A DNA stretch of 48,502 nt from Welwitschia mirabilis. Taxonomy: Eukaryota. The DNA lies in contig JBOZIK010000001.1 of assembly GCA_051453625.1 (NCBI GenBank), forward strand, positions 12,303,674 through 12,352,175, read 5' to 3'. The position numbers were made by a program, and so were the translations under genes. Below, piece by piece: positions 48,301-48,502 of this stretch. Every line of letters starts with the position of its first letter. Within the stretch, counting starts at the first letter, position 1. Below the pieces are notes generated by a model that saw only the letters and a program-made list of their open reading frames with translations, was not told the DNA's origin and did not search any database.

Positions 48301-48502
48301 ATCTTTTCTGATATACTTAAGGACTCCATTAAGATTTTCATGAATGACTTCTATATTTATGTTGAAAGTTTTGAACAAATCTTAAATCATTTAGAAAAAG
48401 TCTTAGACCATTGCATTTCTAGTGGCCTCCACTTGAGTTAGGAAAAGTGTTTTTTTCTTGTAGAAAGTGGCATTGTTTTAGGTCACCATATCTCTCAGGA
48501 GG
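45340..48502 (+). mobile_element. Athila-like Ty3/gypsy gag-pol pseudogene (gag, protease, RT), runs off the window end
   Basis: gag YPTFSGEPNEDPLQHI, IFPITLRDKAKL*L, YFYNGINNHTKQLVNFSYGGNLLN; protease PKFKDSG, KALIEIRASFNIIP, YPLLLGKAF; RT KKDGRGCMCIDFQKLN, MPFGLCNAPNNF..MMGIFSD....IKIFMNDF, LHLS*EKCFFLVESGIVLGHHIS; many stops and frameshifts. Confidence 0.92.

Overview
AT-rich land-plant nuclear DNA (three assembly gaps; strongly CpG-depleted intergenic space; a non-seed-plant origin is possible but cannot be shown from sequence alone). Three host genes are supportable: (1) the first two exons of a minus-strand gene resembling the N-terminal region of Arabidopsis ARID4 (6537-6334, 4873-4688; no further exons confidently found); (2) an intronless BCS1-clade AAA-ATPase of the At2g46620 type (24064-25650, +) with an atypical Walker B (IIVVQDID) and altered second region of homology; (3) a 3-exon, 322-aa probable plastid membrane protein of the 'ERIESLKA...FGVTYRY' family (31324-29729, -). 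The rest is a graveyard of decayed retroelements: Ty1/copia pol remnants, a decayed two-ORF L1 LINE with a tandemly duplicated ORF1 region, two co-terminal ~1.65-kb ORF1-only L1 derivatives (half-L1/HAL1-like; one with a 17-bp TSD), at least 11 near-full copies of a ~180-bp tRNA-headed SINE-like repeat (some in tandem arrays), the 5' half of an Athila-like Ty3/gypsy element, and many local tandem duplications. The most interesting items are the ORF1-only LINE derivatives, the possibly hydrolysis-compromised AAA-ATPase and the tandem SINE arrays. All homology calls come from manual translation and recalled family motifs; no searches were run.
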